Below, in pieces: positions 13,939-27,388 of a stretch of 64,000 nt of DNA. How positions within the stretch are numbered: position 1 is the stretch's first letter; every line of letters begins with the position of its first letter. Position numbers and translations under genes: made by a program. Source of the DNA: Eledone cirrhosa (Eukaryota); contig OZ024746.1 in NCBI GenBank assembly GCA_964016885.1, positions 11,408,001-11,472,000 of the forward strand. Reading direction: 5' to 3'. The notes below the pieces were generated by a model. It ran no database searches. It was given only the letters and a program-made list of their open reading frames with translations, and was not told the origin of the DNA.

Positions 13939-14333
13939 TTAATCAAATAAATCTCTCTTTAAATTTTTCCTCACTCCTTGCCTGTTTTTCCTAATACAAT
14001 ATTCTATACTATATATATATCATTACCTCTCTTTCTCTCTTCCTTTCTCTCCCTATACTCTCAGAATGCCATTTTGACCCCCTCCCAGCCCCACTTCCCA
14101 TCACCTGTATAACTCCCTTTACCTTAGCACTAACCTCACCAATAATCTTCTCTTCATTTTTTCATTGTGTTGATCGCAATGCTTTATATATTAACTCCCC
14201 TTTCAGCTCATTCATGCACAAATTGTATTCATCTTATTTCCCTGCTCTGTATTTGCATTTGAAAGAATCTCTTCATTTTCTCCAGTTTGCTTTTTCCTCC
14301 TGTGACCTCTTGTTTGGTATTAATAATTTTAGT

Positions 14334-14459
14334 AGGTAACTTATTTTTCATGATATTTTATTGTCCCAGTCTGTTGAAAGACACCTGTCATAATGATTAT
14401 GATGACAGGTTTCTTTCAACACACTGGGACAAGAAAATATCATGAAAAATAAGGTACCT
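14334..14459. repeat. Palindrome with imperfect ~58-bp arms
   Basis: aggtaacttatttttcatgatattt...acctgtcat pairs with atgacaggt...aaatatcatgaaaaataaggtacct. Confidence 0.85.
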
Positions 14460-14717
14460 TATTTTGTATATTTGTCCCTCATGTTATTTATCTGCCCGTA
14501 GCTAGATTGTTAGCTGCAGATACACTATAAACCCGGTACCACCATTCACATTGAAACCAGATTATATAACCTATAGTACTGGCTGAAGAGGAGACATTGT
14601 TTCCTGTATTGTGTCTGTGTCTTATACATATTTCATCTCTGTTGTGCTATTTTGATGATGAGGATGATACACAGTATATATTTTAGTTTAGTACTGTTAT
14701 TGATATCTATATACTAT

Positions 14718-15055
14718 GGAGGCACATGGCTTAGTGGTTAGAGCATTGGCCTTGCAATCGAAAGGTTGTGAGTTCAATTCTCAGACCGGGTGATGTGTTG
14801 TTTCCTTGAGCAAGACACTTTATTTCACATTGCTCCAGTTTACTCAGCTGTAGAAATGAGATGATAGGACTGGGGTCCCTATCATTCCACTGCAAAGTGG
14901 TCGTGGAGGCGCCACGGCAAAAAAGCACCCAGCACTCACTGTAAATGAGGTTGGTGTTAGGAAGGGCATCCAGCTGTAGAAATCAAGCCAGAATCAGTTC
15001 CCATCCCACCCTTGCAAGCAGGGAAAAGCGGACGTAAAATGATGATGATGATGAT
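14718..15055 (+). mobile_element. Full-length tRNA-derived SINE (family 2) with an RTE-derived 3' end and (ATG)n tail
   Basis: Box A tggcttagtgg and box B gagttcaattc; the last ~40 nt match the 3' end of the RTE at 28823-28875; near-identical copies at 24292 and 53601. Confidence 0.85.
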
Positions 15056-15104
15056 ATTGAACTAAGTTAGAGGTGATAAAAGGACATAACATCAACACAG
15101 CACA

Positions 15105-15265
15105 GGGTCCTGTCAGAAGCAACCATCTTGCTTGGAGTCTACCCCTGGGTCTCCTGTCGTTTGGTTTTTCCCGTAAAATCTGTCCAGTGATTCTTTCCTG
15201 AGAGATTCTAACCACATGCCCATAGTATCGGAGCTGTGATCTCTCAATCCAGAGAAGTAATAGGG
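15105..15265 (-). mobile_element. RTE LINE 3' fragment
   Basis: ORF 14994-15293 reads IERSQLRYYGHVVRISQERI...RRPRGR. Confidence 0.7.
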
Positions 15266-15552
15266 ATGGCACTCTTCTGACAAGAAGTAGCAATCAACAA
15301 TTAGTTTAGTTTATATACTAAAACCTCAACGAATCCTATTTGTTTTGTAACGTACAAGATTTTTACTACTGTTTTGTTATGTGTAATGTTTTTAGTGTCT
15401 AAAGAAAATTATCACAGGAATGTTACTGCTTAAAATAAAAATCTCACCAAATAAGTGGTGGGGTTGGAATGAGAGTGGGGGGGGGGGTATTCGAGACCTG
15501 AGAGTATGTGTACATATAAATATATGTATGCATAATATGCCCCCCACCCCCT

Positions 15553-15830
15553 CCCACTGCAAAGTGGTCGTGGAGGTGCCACAGCAAAAAGGCACCCAGC
15601 CCACACTGTAAAGTGGACATGTAGGCGCCACACAAAAAAAAAAGCACCCAGCACTCACTGTAATTGAGGTTGGTGTTAGGAAGGGCATCCAGCTGTAGAA
15701 ATCAAGCCAGAATCAGTTCCTGTATGAGCAAGACAAGGTCAGCCGACTGGACACTGCCCACAACAGGACAACCTGTCTAACCCATGCTAGCGTGGAAGAA
15801 CGGATGTAAAACGGTGATGATGATGATCTA
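15553..15830 (+). mobile_element. 5'-truncated SINE (family 2 body) with an alternative RTE-B-like tail
   Basis: Shared core gttggtgttaggaagggcatccagctgtagaaatc; tail acccatgctagcgtggaagaacggatgtaaaacggtgatgatg; similar copy at 52625-52785. Confidence 0.65.
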
Positions 15831-16497
15831 TATCATCATCATCATTTAACTTCCATCTTCCACGTTAGCATGGGTTACGCGGGTTTGTCCCACTTGAGGC
15901 AAGATTGGTCGGGTGACCATGTCTCGCTCGTATATATATGCATATATATTTGTGTATATATATATATATATATATATTTGTGTATCTGATTAGTTCTTTT
16001 GTTACTTTGGTATTGTATGGTTGGGTTTTGCCTACCGCAATTTTCAATTTGTCAAGCTATTTAAACGTATTGTAGGTCGACTTTGCTTGGCCACAGCCAA
16101 AGCTTCGATTTTACTAAGCTTCCACTTGTATTATATATATTTATGTGTGTGTGTGTGTATTTCTAAGAGCACCCATATCAGTTGGATATCCTTGCATCTG
16201 TGTTTATTTTAATTTTCTTTTTTTTTTCTTTTTTTTTTTTTTCTATTTCTAGATACAATGTAAATATCTTATTTTTCAGGCTGAAATTATCTCGTTCTTG
16301 CTCAGACAATAACTACTTTAAAAAAATAGAACCCAAAACAATGGCAACAAAAAACAAACTACATATGCCAGTGATGATGTTGGCAGTAAGCTAGAAGGCT
16401 TCAAGGGAAACCTTCCATTTTCAACTTCTTTCTAATTTTTATCTACTTAAAATTCTTTACTGAATGTATTGTCACTGTTGAACGAATGGAAACACTA

Positions 16498-16530
<33 letters not shown>

Positions 16531-17298
16531 CAGCTCTCTCTTTCTCTCTTAAACACACACAGGCTTAGCTAGAAAGTTACTATCATATTTTATAATTTTA
16601 TTTTTTCCTTGTACTGTGACTCACTATTTCCTCTGTTAAAAATGTCTATTTATAAAGGAGACCTATCAGTGAGTTTCTCTTGATGCTTACACAAAACTGA
16701 AGAGTATAAGCCTGCTTTTGTTTGGTTCAAAGAAAAAGGCAGTTCTTTATCTTTCTTGAAATGCAGAGTTAGGATAAACTATAATGATTATGATAAACAG
16801 AAAAGAACATTTGATGATTTAGTCAGTTAATTCTACCTATACCTACATAGCTGCTAAATAAGACTGCAAACTAAGCAACAATTGAGTTTCTTAAACATAT
16901 TTCTAACATATTTGTTTGTGAATGTGTGTGTCTACGTGTGAGCATGTATGTGTATGTGTGTGTGTTTCTTTATAGATTTGGCATTGTGTCCATTATTTCA
17001 AAACTATTACTTAACACACATTCACTCTTTTAGTTACATATCTAGATTCCTCTATTGGCAGCTTGTTTGCTGTATACCCACTCCATCTAACCCCACTTAA
17101 TTTAACCTATCTCTCCTCTTCCTCGTTATAGACCCTGTAAATATGCCTTTTACATTTTTCAAGGTCATTGAATATACTACAGATAAACAGTTGACCTTGA
17201 CCTTGACCAGCAATGATTATATATTTAGGTCAGTTGTTGATAGTGTATATCATCATCATCATCATCATCATTTTATGGCCGCTTTTCCCTGCTTGCAT

Positions 17299-17652
17299 GG
17301 GTAGGTCATATAGTATATGGGTAGGTCATATAGTATATAGGTAGGCCATAGAGTATATTGGTAGGTCATATAGTATATAGGTAGGTCATATAGTATAAGG
17401 TAGGTCATATAGTATATAGGTAGGTCATATAGTATATAGGTAGGTCATATAGTATATAGGTAGGTCATATAGTATATTGGTAGGCCATATAGTATATTGG
17501 TAGGCCATATAGTATATTGGTAGGTCATATAGTATATTGGTAGGCCATATAGTATATTGGTAGGCCATATAGTATATTGGTAGGCCATATAGTATATTGG
17601 TAGGCCATATAGTATATTGGTAGGCCATATAGTATATTGGTAGGCCATATAT
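17299..17652. repeat. 20-bp minisatellite, about 17 copies
   Basis: Unit ggtagg(c/t)catatagtatat(t/a); it starts at an RTE tail remnant (17251-17300). Confidence 0.95.
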
Positions 17653-18124
17653 ACAAGGCCATGATATAATTACCTGTTTCTTGACTCCATCAAAATAAAA
17701 TACAATGGTATATAAACATTGAGTGTATTTGGGTGGTAATATATTGCCCAGTTTAACACCACCATCTGACCTTTGAGGGCCTTTAGCAAAGTCCACACTG
17801 TTGCAAGCACTTGAACTAAGTCTTCAATTTGAGGGCAGCTTCCTCATTCCATTCCACCTGTCCCAGAGGCCCTGGAAAGGTCCATAAGTTCTGTCCTTCT
17901 CTCACTGACTATATATTTTTAAAAAATAGTTACTATGATTCTGACATAATAAAATTGACTTAATTTATCAGTCACTGAAATCTCAAAAGAGGAATGACCT
18001 GTGAGAAAAGACTAACAACACCAATTACCTTCTGTTTCTAGACAAATTCAATTTTTAATTGTCCTTTACAACAACTAGAATTATCAATAGTTTTTCTCTC
18101 ACCTATTTAATGACTAAGCAGTTA

Positions 18125-18355
18125 TTAACCCTTTAGCATTTACATTGCTCTATATATATACTATTGTATTTTTGTGGTAAAGGCTTTATTTTACATAATT
18201 ATCTCACATAATATTGAATTTATGAGATTTTGATATTATTTATTTTGAGAACAATACCTTAACATCAGTATGAGTGGCTGATTACAGCCGGTTTGAACAG
18301 AAAGAGGTGAGAGAATCATGGCTGGATATGTCCAGTTTAAATGCTAAAGGGTTAA
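18125..18355. mobile_element. piggyBac-like MITE
   Basis: TTAA-CCCTTTAGCATTTA ... TAAATGCTAAAGGG-TTAA: a perfect TIR with TTAA target sites. Confidence 0.85.
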
Positions 18356-18921
18356 TGACCATGGAGTTGTTGGTTTCTTTACCTTATTTATCATATCTTT
18401 AGTAATGGGAAATATGGTGTTTTTGTAGGAATGGGTGAGTTATCAAACTAAATATCTTAGGCTATTTAGTTTTGTTCTTCTCTGTTTTAAGTTCACTTCT
18501 TACTGAAGTCTATTTTATTTTTCCTCTTTTCAAGGTCTATAAAATACATACAATGCTTGTTTTATAAACCAGCATTACTGGTAAGAAAGGTGATGTATTC
18601 AGAGAGAGTAAAACATTAGACTAACCCAGTGACATAATGTGGGAAATCATTATACCTTTATTGATGTATAACAGATTAGTTTCAGTTGTTTTATTGTCTG
18701 TAGTTAAATCTAAATTACTGTATAAACTTGAATATAAGCTGAGGAATCGATGGTAAAATTGTGTTGGGGGTCGGTGGCTTATATTTTGGGTCAATATTTT
18801 GATGATTGTCACCAACTCCAAATTCTATGTAATTAAAGTGCTTAATTATCTGGAGTGATTGTTTCACAATGAAACCCTGTTTTTCTACATTTACTTCATC
18901 ATCAGGAGCTTTATTTATGCA

Positions 18922-19782
18922 CTAGCAGTAAAGCCCGGCGTTGCTCGGGGTCGCTCAGTAGCTGTGTTAAAGTTACAGTGTTAAGTTTCTTTCTTGGCTT
19001 AAAAACTGTAGTGTCTACTGTGCAGACTTGCATGTGGTGTTTTTGATTAATATTCCCTCAACCAACAATATGCCTTATGAAGTTAAGAAAACATAACGAT
19101 AACCCGAATGTTATAACAAAAGAGGATGCTGGGGATAGAAACTGCACTGGTTATTTATTAACAAAGATCGAAAATGTAAACACTGCAACGCAGAGAAAAA
19201 CATTAGCGTAACCAAATTATCAGTTATGTCTGTCTGCACGCCTATATCACCTCTCTGCACGACTGTCTGTCTGCACGCCTATATCACCTCTCTGCACGAC
19301 TGTCTGTCTGCACGCCTATATCACCTCTCTGCACGACTGTCTGTCTGCACGCCTAACGACGAAATATTTGCTTGTTTTACGTAGTCTTTATATAGACTTG
19401 TTTTCAAGTAAAAATATTGTTTTAAAATGCTTTTAAATGGAAATGAAGCAAAACGGAAGCTTAGTGTTCGAACTGATGAATTTTGCAGGTCAATATTTTG
19501 CTGGCTCGACAACTGTTAAAGCCAGCGTAATTTTTTACGTAAGACGCTCAATGTAAACAGAACAAAGGGAAATAACTGATAACTTATGCTCAAAAATCGA
19601 TACATTATATTCGATTTCGTCACATAGAGTGGGTCAATTTGAAATTTTTTTTTTCCGATGTCTTCGCTAGGGCTCAATGTACAAGTATAGCAATTTCGGT
19701 GCAATTCCGTGAGAGATTCTAAGAGGAGATGTGTGCCAAAAATCGATAGACAGACAGACAACCACAGTTTTATATATATAGA
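18922..19782 (-). mobile_element. Non-autonomous Helitron
   Basis: The minus strand starts TCTATATATATAAAA and ends with a GC hairpin (cccgagcaacgccggg) ~10 nt before CTAG. It sits between A and T, without a TSD. Confidence 0.85.
19227..19354. repeat. 37-bp tandem repeat (~3.4 copies) inside the Helitron
   Basis: Unit tgtctgtctgcacgcctatatcacctctctgcacgac. Confidence 0.9.
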
Positions 19783-20086
19783 TTGCCTTGAGAACATTCC
19801 CACAAAGTTTTATTATTTGCACTTTTTAATACATAAATATACGCTATATATAAACACAAACATAAACACGTGCACTGACTTACATAATTATACTTTTTCT
19901 TTCAATCTTGTTTTGTTTTATTTCACTTGCTTTCTCTTTCCTCTCTCACCCTTTTCTCTCTCTCTCTCTCCTCCCCCCCCCCCCCTCTCTCTCTCTCTTG
20001 CTGTAAACATCTACCTAAAGCTTTAATACCTGTACAACATTAAATTGTTTTCAAGTTTTTCATGGTACACATTTCATTCAGTGTGT

Positions 20087-20660
20087 ATCATCATCATCAC
20101 CATCATTTTATGTCTGCTTTTCCCTGCTTGCAAGGGTGGGACGGGTCCTATTCAGCACAGCATCTCTCCACTTGTCACGGTCCTTTGTCATCTCCACCGT
20201 GAGCTTCAGCAATCTGAGGTCTGTTCTCACCACCTCCGCCCATGTTTTTCGTGGTCTACCTCTACTATGTCTTCCTTCAACTGGCATTTCCTGGCACTTC
20301 TTCACCCATCGGTCATCCTCCATATGCATCACATGTCCATACCACCGCAGTCTCCTCTCTCGCACACTTCATTCTATCCCTCTCAGACACAGTTTCTCTC
20401 TCAACACATCCATGCTGGGTTGTTCACACACATTGACATTGCACAACCAACGGAGCATGCTTGCCTCATTTCTCTCCAGCCGTCGCATATCCTCTGCAGT
20501 TGCTGCCCAAGTCTCACTACCATGCAGCATCGCGCTCCTCATACAGGCATCATATAACCGGCCTTTTGTACGCAGAGAGAAACCCTTCTTCGTCAGCAGA
20601 GGAAGTAGTTCCCTAAACTTCTTCCAACCCGTCCTTATTCTAGATACTATGGCCTCGGAT
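20087..20660 (-). mobile_element. RTE family A 3' fragment
   Basis: Highly similar to 28305-28875 (RERRLRWYGHV...TRPTLASREK); (CAT)n tail. Confidence 0.9.
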
Positions 20661-21912
20661 GTGGTATATTAGATAAAAATCTGTTACATTCAAGAGATAG
20701 AGCTATTGTCTGCTTTAAAAAAAAATACAAAATACTCCCAACATTGGAGTATGCAAAAGTAAACAAAAATTCAAGAAACTTGAAACTTTATAAAATGGAT
20801 GAAAGGGTAAAAAGTCATTATGTAGTGGAGTTGTGAAACAAAAACTATACTCTAAACAACACTTAAAATATCATTTTAAATATCAAATTATTAAAGCATC
20901 TTAAATATTTTCTCCACTCGTGAGAATTTCAAAACAGTACCATAATGTGTTGATGAGCTGCCATGGCTTATAAACAAGATTAGGATTTTTGTCCATTTCT
21001 CAGACTCAAAATAGGGGTTCGGGGTCGGTTTATATTTGAATATATAATTCAAACATAAATTACTCCAACATTGAAGTATAACTACAAAGTATTCAGTCAA
21101 AAATTATCTGTAGACAGAAGAGTCAACTATATTGTGAGGAGCTTACATTACATCACATAACAATCATTGAATCGGTGATGGGTCAATGTGACATGATAAC
21201 TCAACTTTCTAGAAATAGCAGCTAAATCTCTCAAATAATATGCTACCATCTTATGAAAAAGAGGACATATTGGGTATTTTAGTCTGGGGTGTACTTTGCA
21301 AATATGGAATGGTTACAGTTATAGCTAAAATGATTTTGATTAGGGCTGTTGACCTTGGACCTAAACAACCACTGCATGTAACATGTGAAGTGATGTCCCC
21401 AACTAGTTGGACATATGCTATATCTGAATACTTTACACTGGTTGATACACATTTTGCTGGCTTAGGTTTTGTTATTTTTAGCTAATTTTGAGGTGCTAAT
21501 TTCACATATGGCCTCCATTTCCCCCTAACACATCAGGTTTTCATGTTTGTCTTTCGCTTGGCTATCCCATAAACACGGGAAATGCAGATATTTTGTATAA
21601 CCTTGTTGGCCAAGTGAAAACTTAACGTGATAGAAAAAAAGTATTGTCATTTTTAAACTCAGGGGCCCCAAATTATTCAAGAACAGGTCTCAAACTTTGG
21701 TCAGTAGAAAAATAGCTAAATTTTGTTGACTAATGTTATATATCTGTGGATTGCACCTGGATATGTATTTCACTGGCTACATATATGCCATAAATCTGTT
21801 GAATTGGGTTTGATCTCAGTCTACACAGCAATCTAATTACATACAGTTTGTGGCAAGTAAGGTAACATTGACTCTAGTGCAATGAAAGAGAGAACGCTGT
21901 CTGCTTCCATGA

Positions 21913-21949
<37 letters not shown>

Positions 21950-23446
21950 TGCATATAAACAGATGTTATGAACTGAAATCACTTCACTCCAACATTTTTC
22001 TTATTTGTTATTTGTTTTACAAGTATTTGTTTTGCTGTTGTTTATTTTTGTGTCTGCAGTCTGATCTCTAATATAGCAAGTTTTGACCTAATTTCTAGAT
22101 TTGCATTTTGTCTTTATATAGTCAGAGATTTCACTATACACACACACATGCATAAGTACATTTAGATGTATGTAAATATATGCGTGTGTGTATGTATATA
22201 TATATATGTATATATATATATATCAACATATATATGCTTTGTGCTTGCATGCATTAATAATGTAGCCAAATTCATATTTTTATCTCAACTCCTTAAAAAA
22301 AAAATTGTTTTTTTTCCATAATCAAATAATCATCTTCTCCAATGGTTTATTTTGTTTCTCCTCCTCCATTGTGCAATGTCAATGCAGAGAAATGTCTAAG
22401 TAGATATGGCATTGCACTACTACCTCAAAAGTCTTCAGTGCAACTAGTCAACTGCAAACAGTTTGTGATATATATACATACAGAAAGAGAGAGAGAGAAT
22501 GCATGACTCTCTCTCTCTCTAAATATATCTTTCAAATTTGAATTATTGATGCTCTGAACTAAGGTCCATTGAGCTTATTTAAAGGGAAACACGGTTATCA
22601 TAAATATTAAATATGTTTTGATACCTTAACCTTGTATATGTGTATATATATATGATGGCTGCCCCCTCGTTATCGAGTATGGCCATTGCACGATATACCA
22701 TTATCAATTAATTCTATCGTGCAATGCTTGTGCATGAAGACATTTTTTAAAGTGAGGAAAGACTGTGCACTGAGCCAATCCCACTCTCTGAGCGACAGTA
22801 GCTATAACCCGAAAAGAAGAAAAGATCAACATCATCGGTAACTACTGAGCCGCAGGTTTTATATCAGAGTTATCCCAGTTTCCTGAGATGCCTTCTCCTA
22901 CATACACACGAACAATACAATACAATTCTGATATATTAATTTAATGCTTCATCTAGTAATGAAATGGTTTTGACGTTTCAGATGCTAGTTCTTCATCGAA
23001 AGATTGAATGAGAGAGAGAAGAGAGCATGTTTGAGAGAGAAAAGAAGAAATAAGAAGATAGACAAAGATAAGAAAAGAAAGTAAATGGGAAAAAGATAGA
23101 TAAGAGAGAAACATAAGTTGTTGTTAGTCAACCATGTGTGTATATATATATATATATTTTTAATATAGAGTACCTTACTTACTGTGGTTACCCCCAAAAT
23201 TGAACCCGGGATAAACTTATATATATATTATTTATACACATATATATATATATATATATATTATTTACGTCTTTGCTTACAATGTCAGAACATTTCTCCA
23301 CTGATATATTAAAACAGTCATAAGTCTATTAAATGTTTTAATAATAATCCTCGTCTTAATATTCATTATACATTTAGTAAGGTTATATGAATAAACTAAT
23401 GGTGATTCTCTGATACCTCGTTCCTACTTATTTTAATATATATATA

Positions 23447-24286
23447 CAGGGTACGGACTATATTTGTTCGCAAGATTACTGTCTAGGAAAAAATAACACA
23501 GTAGTTTTATTTTTTAAGATATATTTATCAAACTCGGGTCAGTTTGTCTTCATGACTTGTTCTTTCGATCTCACTCGATAAACCCGCCATTGGCTTTGAT
23601 GACGGCTTCAAGACGGCCTCGGAACCGGCTACAGGCCTTCGTCACTGTCCCCCGACTTAGGTCCCTAAAGGCACTTGTGATCCTAGCCTTCAGATCATCT
23701 TTCGTATTGCAGCTAGATCTGTTGGTGTCTCGTTCCACTGCGCCCCACACAAAGAAGTCGAGGGGGTTGCAGTCAAGCGAGCTGGGAGGCCAGATGTCAG
23801 GTGAAGTGTGGTCGACGAAGTTCTTTGACAGCCAGGCTTCGGTCTTTCGGCTGGTATGGCAGGGCGCTGAGTCTTGCTGCCACATGTATGGCCTACCTGC
23901 AGCTACATGGTCGATCAAGGGCTTTACTACCTCGCTCAGAACGCGGATGTAGCCATCGGTGTTCAGCTTGAGGCCCTCAGGGAAGAAGTGAGGTGGCATG
24001 ACGTCACCTTGACAGCTGACGACACCTAAGACCAATTTTGTCGCTGGAAACTTTGTCTGCATGACTCTGGGCATGTCTTTGGATGAGACACCATTCTCCT
24101 GCTGACGCTGAGAAAGCCTGAAATTTCCTTGTCTCCATGTCTCTTCCACAAATTTGGAGGTTCAAAATTATTCATAATCAATTATATAGTCACTGTTTTT
24201 ATGAAGACAAGAGTGACAACGAAAGTAAAAAAAATTTGTGTAAAATTAGCAATTGAAAATTGCGAACAAATATCGTCCTCACCCTG
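23447..24286 (-). mobile_element. Internally deleted Tc1/mariner element of the DD37D (maT) group
   Basis: TIRs cagggtacggactatatttgttcgcaa / ttgcgaacaaatatcgtcctcaccctg with TA flanks. ORF 23571-24149 has QQD...WPPSSLDCNPLD, with 37 residues between the last two Asp. Confidence 0.9.
23571..24149 (-). pseudogene. Truncated DD37D transposase (short N-terminus joined in frame to the C-terminal catalytic part)
   Basis: 192 aa; lacks the paired/HTH DNA-binding domain and the first catalytic Asp. Confidence 0.8.
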
Positions 24287-24291
24287 TATAT

Positions 24292-24634
24292 GGAGGCACA
24301 TGGCTTAGTGGTTAGAGCATTGGCCTTGCAATCGAAAGGTTGTGAGTTCAATTCTCAGACCGGGTGATGTATTGTTTCCTTGAGCAAGACACTTTATTTC
24401 ACATTGCTCCAGTTTACTCAGCTGTAGAAATGAGATGATAGGGACTGGGGTCCCTATCGTTCCACTGAAAAGTGATCGTGGAGGTGCCACGGCAAAAAAA
24501 GCACCCAGCACTCACTGTAAATGAGGTTGGTGTTGGGAAGGGCATCCAGCTGTAGAAATCAAGCCAGAATCAGTTCCCGTCCCACCCTTGCAAGCAGGGA
24601 AAAGCGGACGTAAAATGATGATGATGATGATGAT
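24292..24634 (+). mobile_element. tRNA-derived SINE (family 2) with an RTE-A tail
   Basis: Near identical to 14718-15055. Confidence 0.85.
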
Positions 24635-24650
24635 ATATATATATATATAT

Positions 24651-25820
24651 CATCATCATCGTTTAACGTCTATCTTCCACGCTAGCATGGGTTTAGACGG
24701 GAATTGTCCTACTTGAGGCAAGATTGGTCGGGTGACTATGTCTCGCTCCTATAGGACTGCCTGGCAGGTTTACTACGGCTGGATGCCCTTCCTAACACTA
24801 AGCAAATATATATATATATATATCATCATCATCATCATCTTCGTTTAACGTCCATCTCCCACGCTAGCATATATATACATATCATCATCATCGTTTAACG
24901 TCCATCTTCCACGCTTGCATGGGTTTGGACGGGAGTTTTCCCACTTGAAGCAAGATTGGTTGTCCTGCTCGTATAGGACTGTCTGGCGGGTTTTCTACGG
25001 CTGGATGCCCTTCCTAACACCAACCACGTTTACAGTGTGGACTGTGTGTTTTTTTGTCGTGACACCTACACATCTGGTAGGTTTTCTACGGCTGGGTGCC
25101 CTTCCCAACACCAACCACGTTTACAATGTGTACTGGGAGGTTTTTACTGTGTTACCTACACGGCCACATTACAGCGTGGACTGTGTGTTTTTTTTGTCGT
25201 GACACCTACACGACCTCATTTGTTTCGGACTGGATGTTGTGGTACCAACATAACTTCACATTTAAGGGGGTGGTGTGGATTGGATGGGGGTAGTGGGACG
25301 AGGGTGTATTTTGCTAGAGGTGCCTACTGACTGTAGGTTTCGCTTTGTACTTAGGCAAAGCGGGTCTTCTGTATAACTGTGTAGCACCAAAGATCTCGGT
25401 CCAGTGACATTGTCTTGGAGAGGTGTAAGTGTGTGAGGTCGGAATTTATCAAGTCGTCCCAGGTTTTTCTGGGTCTGCCTACTCCGTGGCTACCGTCTAT
25501 TTTGATCGCCCTGCACTTTTTTATACAGCTGTCGTCTTTCATGCGCATCACGTGACCGTACCAATGTAGTCTTCTCTCGAGTAAACAACATCTGATCCCT
25601 CTTATTCCTAATTTCTCCCTTAGTTCGTTTATGCTTTGCCATTCACGTATATTACTATTACACATCCAGCAGAGCATGCAAGCTTCTTTTCTCTCCAGTC
25701 TGCATATATCCTCTGCACACAATGCCCAGGTCTCACTGCCATGTAACATTGCTGTTCATATGCAGGCATCATACAGCCTGCCTTTCATTTTTAGAGAGAA
25801 CCCTTTAGCGGCCAATAGTG
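24651..25820 (-). mobile_element. RTE family B 3' fragment with a long 3' UTR, plus stacked tail fragments
   Basis: ORF 25351-25749 reads MLHGSETW...ERRLHWYGHVMRM...GRPRKTW; the UTR ends gacgttaaacgatgatg. Confidence 0.85.
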
Positions 25821-27388
25821 GTATACATATATATATATATATATATACACACACATATAATAAAGTTTATATGTGTATAAATACAGCACACTTCTTACTT
25901 TATATATACTCTGCTGCGAAATCGAACTTCAGTGCCTTATAGTTGTGCAACAGTAGCAGTGGCTTTCCAGTAAAGTAATTGGTGTTAGGAAGGACATTCT
26001 ACTGTAGAAACCATACCAAATAGGAAATAAAATGGGGCATTCCATCCAACATTCAAACATAACTCTGCCAATATGCTATCTTACTATATACATATATATA
26101 TGTATTTTGGCAAGATTGTTAGAGTGTTTTGGATAGAAGGCCTTGACGTATTTGTTTCAGTTATCTATGTTCTGAATTAAAATCTTTATCAAGGTCAGCT
26201 TTGCTGTTTATTCTTTCAGAGTCAATAAATATAATACCAGGCTGAGTGGTGAATTGCTGGAATTCTTAGAGTGGCAGAAGAGATACTTTACATTATCTGT
26301 CCTAGCTCTTTGCATTTTGAGTTCAAATTCCACCTTGGGGTCCCCAAACTGCACCATCACCAACTTGCAAGCCTAGCATGGTATGGTAAAACCTCAAAAA
26401 CAATGCCAGCACCAAATTGACAGTGCAAGGTGGAATTAAGAGAGGGGTTACTCCAATTGAAACCACATGTACCCTGGTAACTATATATGTGTTTGATGTA
26501 CAAACAAGAGAGAGTACTCAATACGTTACAGAGTTTATTCATTCCTATGAATCAAATGGTTCACTGTGTCTCTGCTCAGAATTTCTCTCTATGTGTGATC
26601 TTCGAAGTGACACATACGTATATGTATGTGTATATGTGTGTGATGTACATGTATAAAAGAGTGTGAGGGCAGGGAAGGAGTGAAATATATATAAATTGAA
26701 CAATTTTGTTCTTAAGGGAAGACTTATAGTGAAATGAATCATCATCATCACCCCCCATCCATTCTCCAATATATTACTGATGCATTTTATCTTATCAACT
26801 TCACAACAGCTACAACCAAAATAAATATTGCTTGCAAGGCAGTAGTAGTTCACATATAAGCCACCAACAACAACAACAACAATAATAACAGATTGGAGTC
26901 AAGAGTTCTGTTTTTCATATCATGCTTTAGTAAAGTTTACCAGCATTAAATTAAATTAGAAAGAAAAACAAACATTTTTTTTTAAATGGCAGTTGGGTGT
27001 AGAAATCATTGCTCTTTCTTTACGGTGATAAAAAAGATAAATAATAAACAAGATATCATTTTCAGACTTTCACATATCTTCTTATCTGTCGTCATCTTTT
27101 CTGTCATTTCTTATTGTATTACTTACTGACTGAGAGATTATTCTAAGAGAAGGTTTATGCTTGGTTCTAGAAAAGGATGTCAAAGGCAGAAATATAGAAA
27201 TAGTAGCAGAGGTAACTGGCATTGCCTAGATTTCAAATACGTGGATTTATTATTATTTAAAAACTTAAATGATTCGACATATAAGTAAATTTTTATGAAG
27301 TTCTTTTTGAACACACTGATTAACATACATTTACTGTCTCAGTTATCCCTCACCACATACATTGGCTTGCATATATATATATATATAT

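Noticed and set aside
14718-14790. tRNA gene
   Set aside because: A and B boxes are present, but it is the head of a multicopy SINE and has no convincing cloverleaf.
16280-16385. Possible exon (ttttcag...gca/gtaag, open frame)
   Set aside because: Splice signals are plausible, but there is no similarity to TEX264 or any recognised protein; RNA-seq would be needed.
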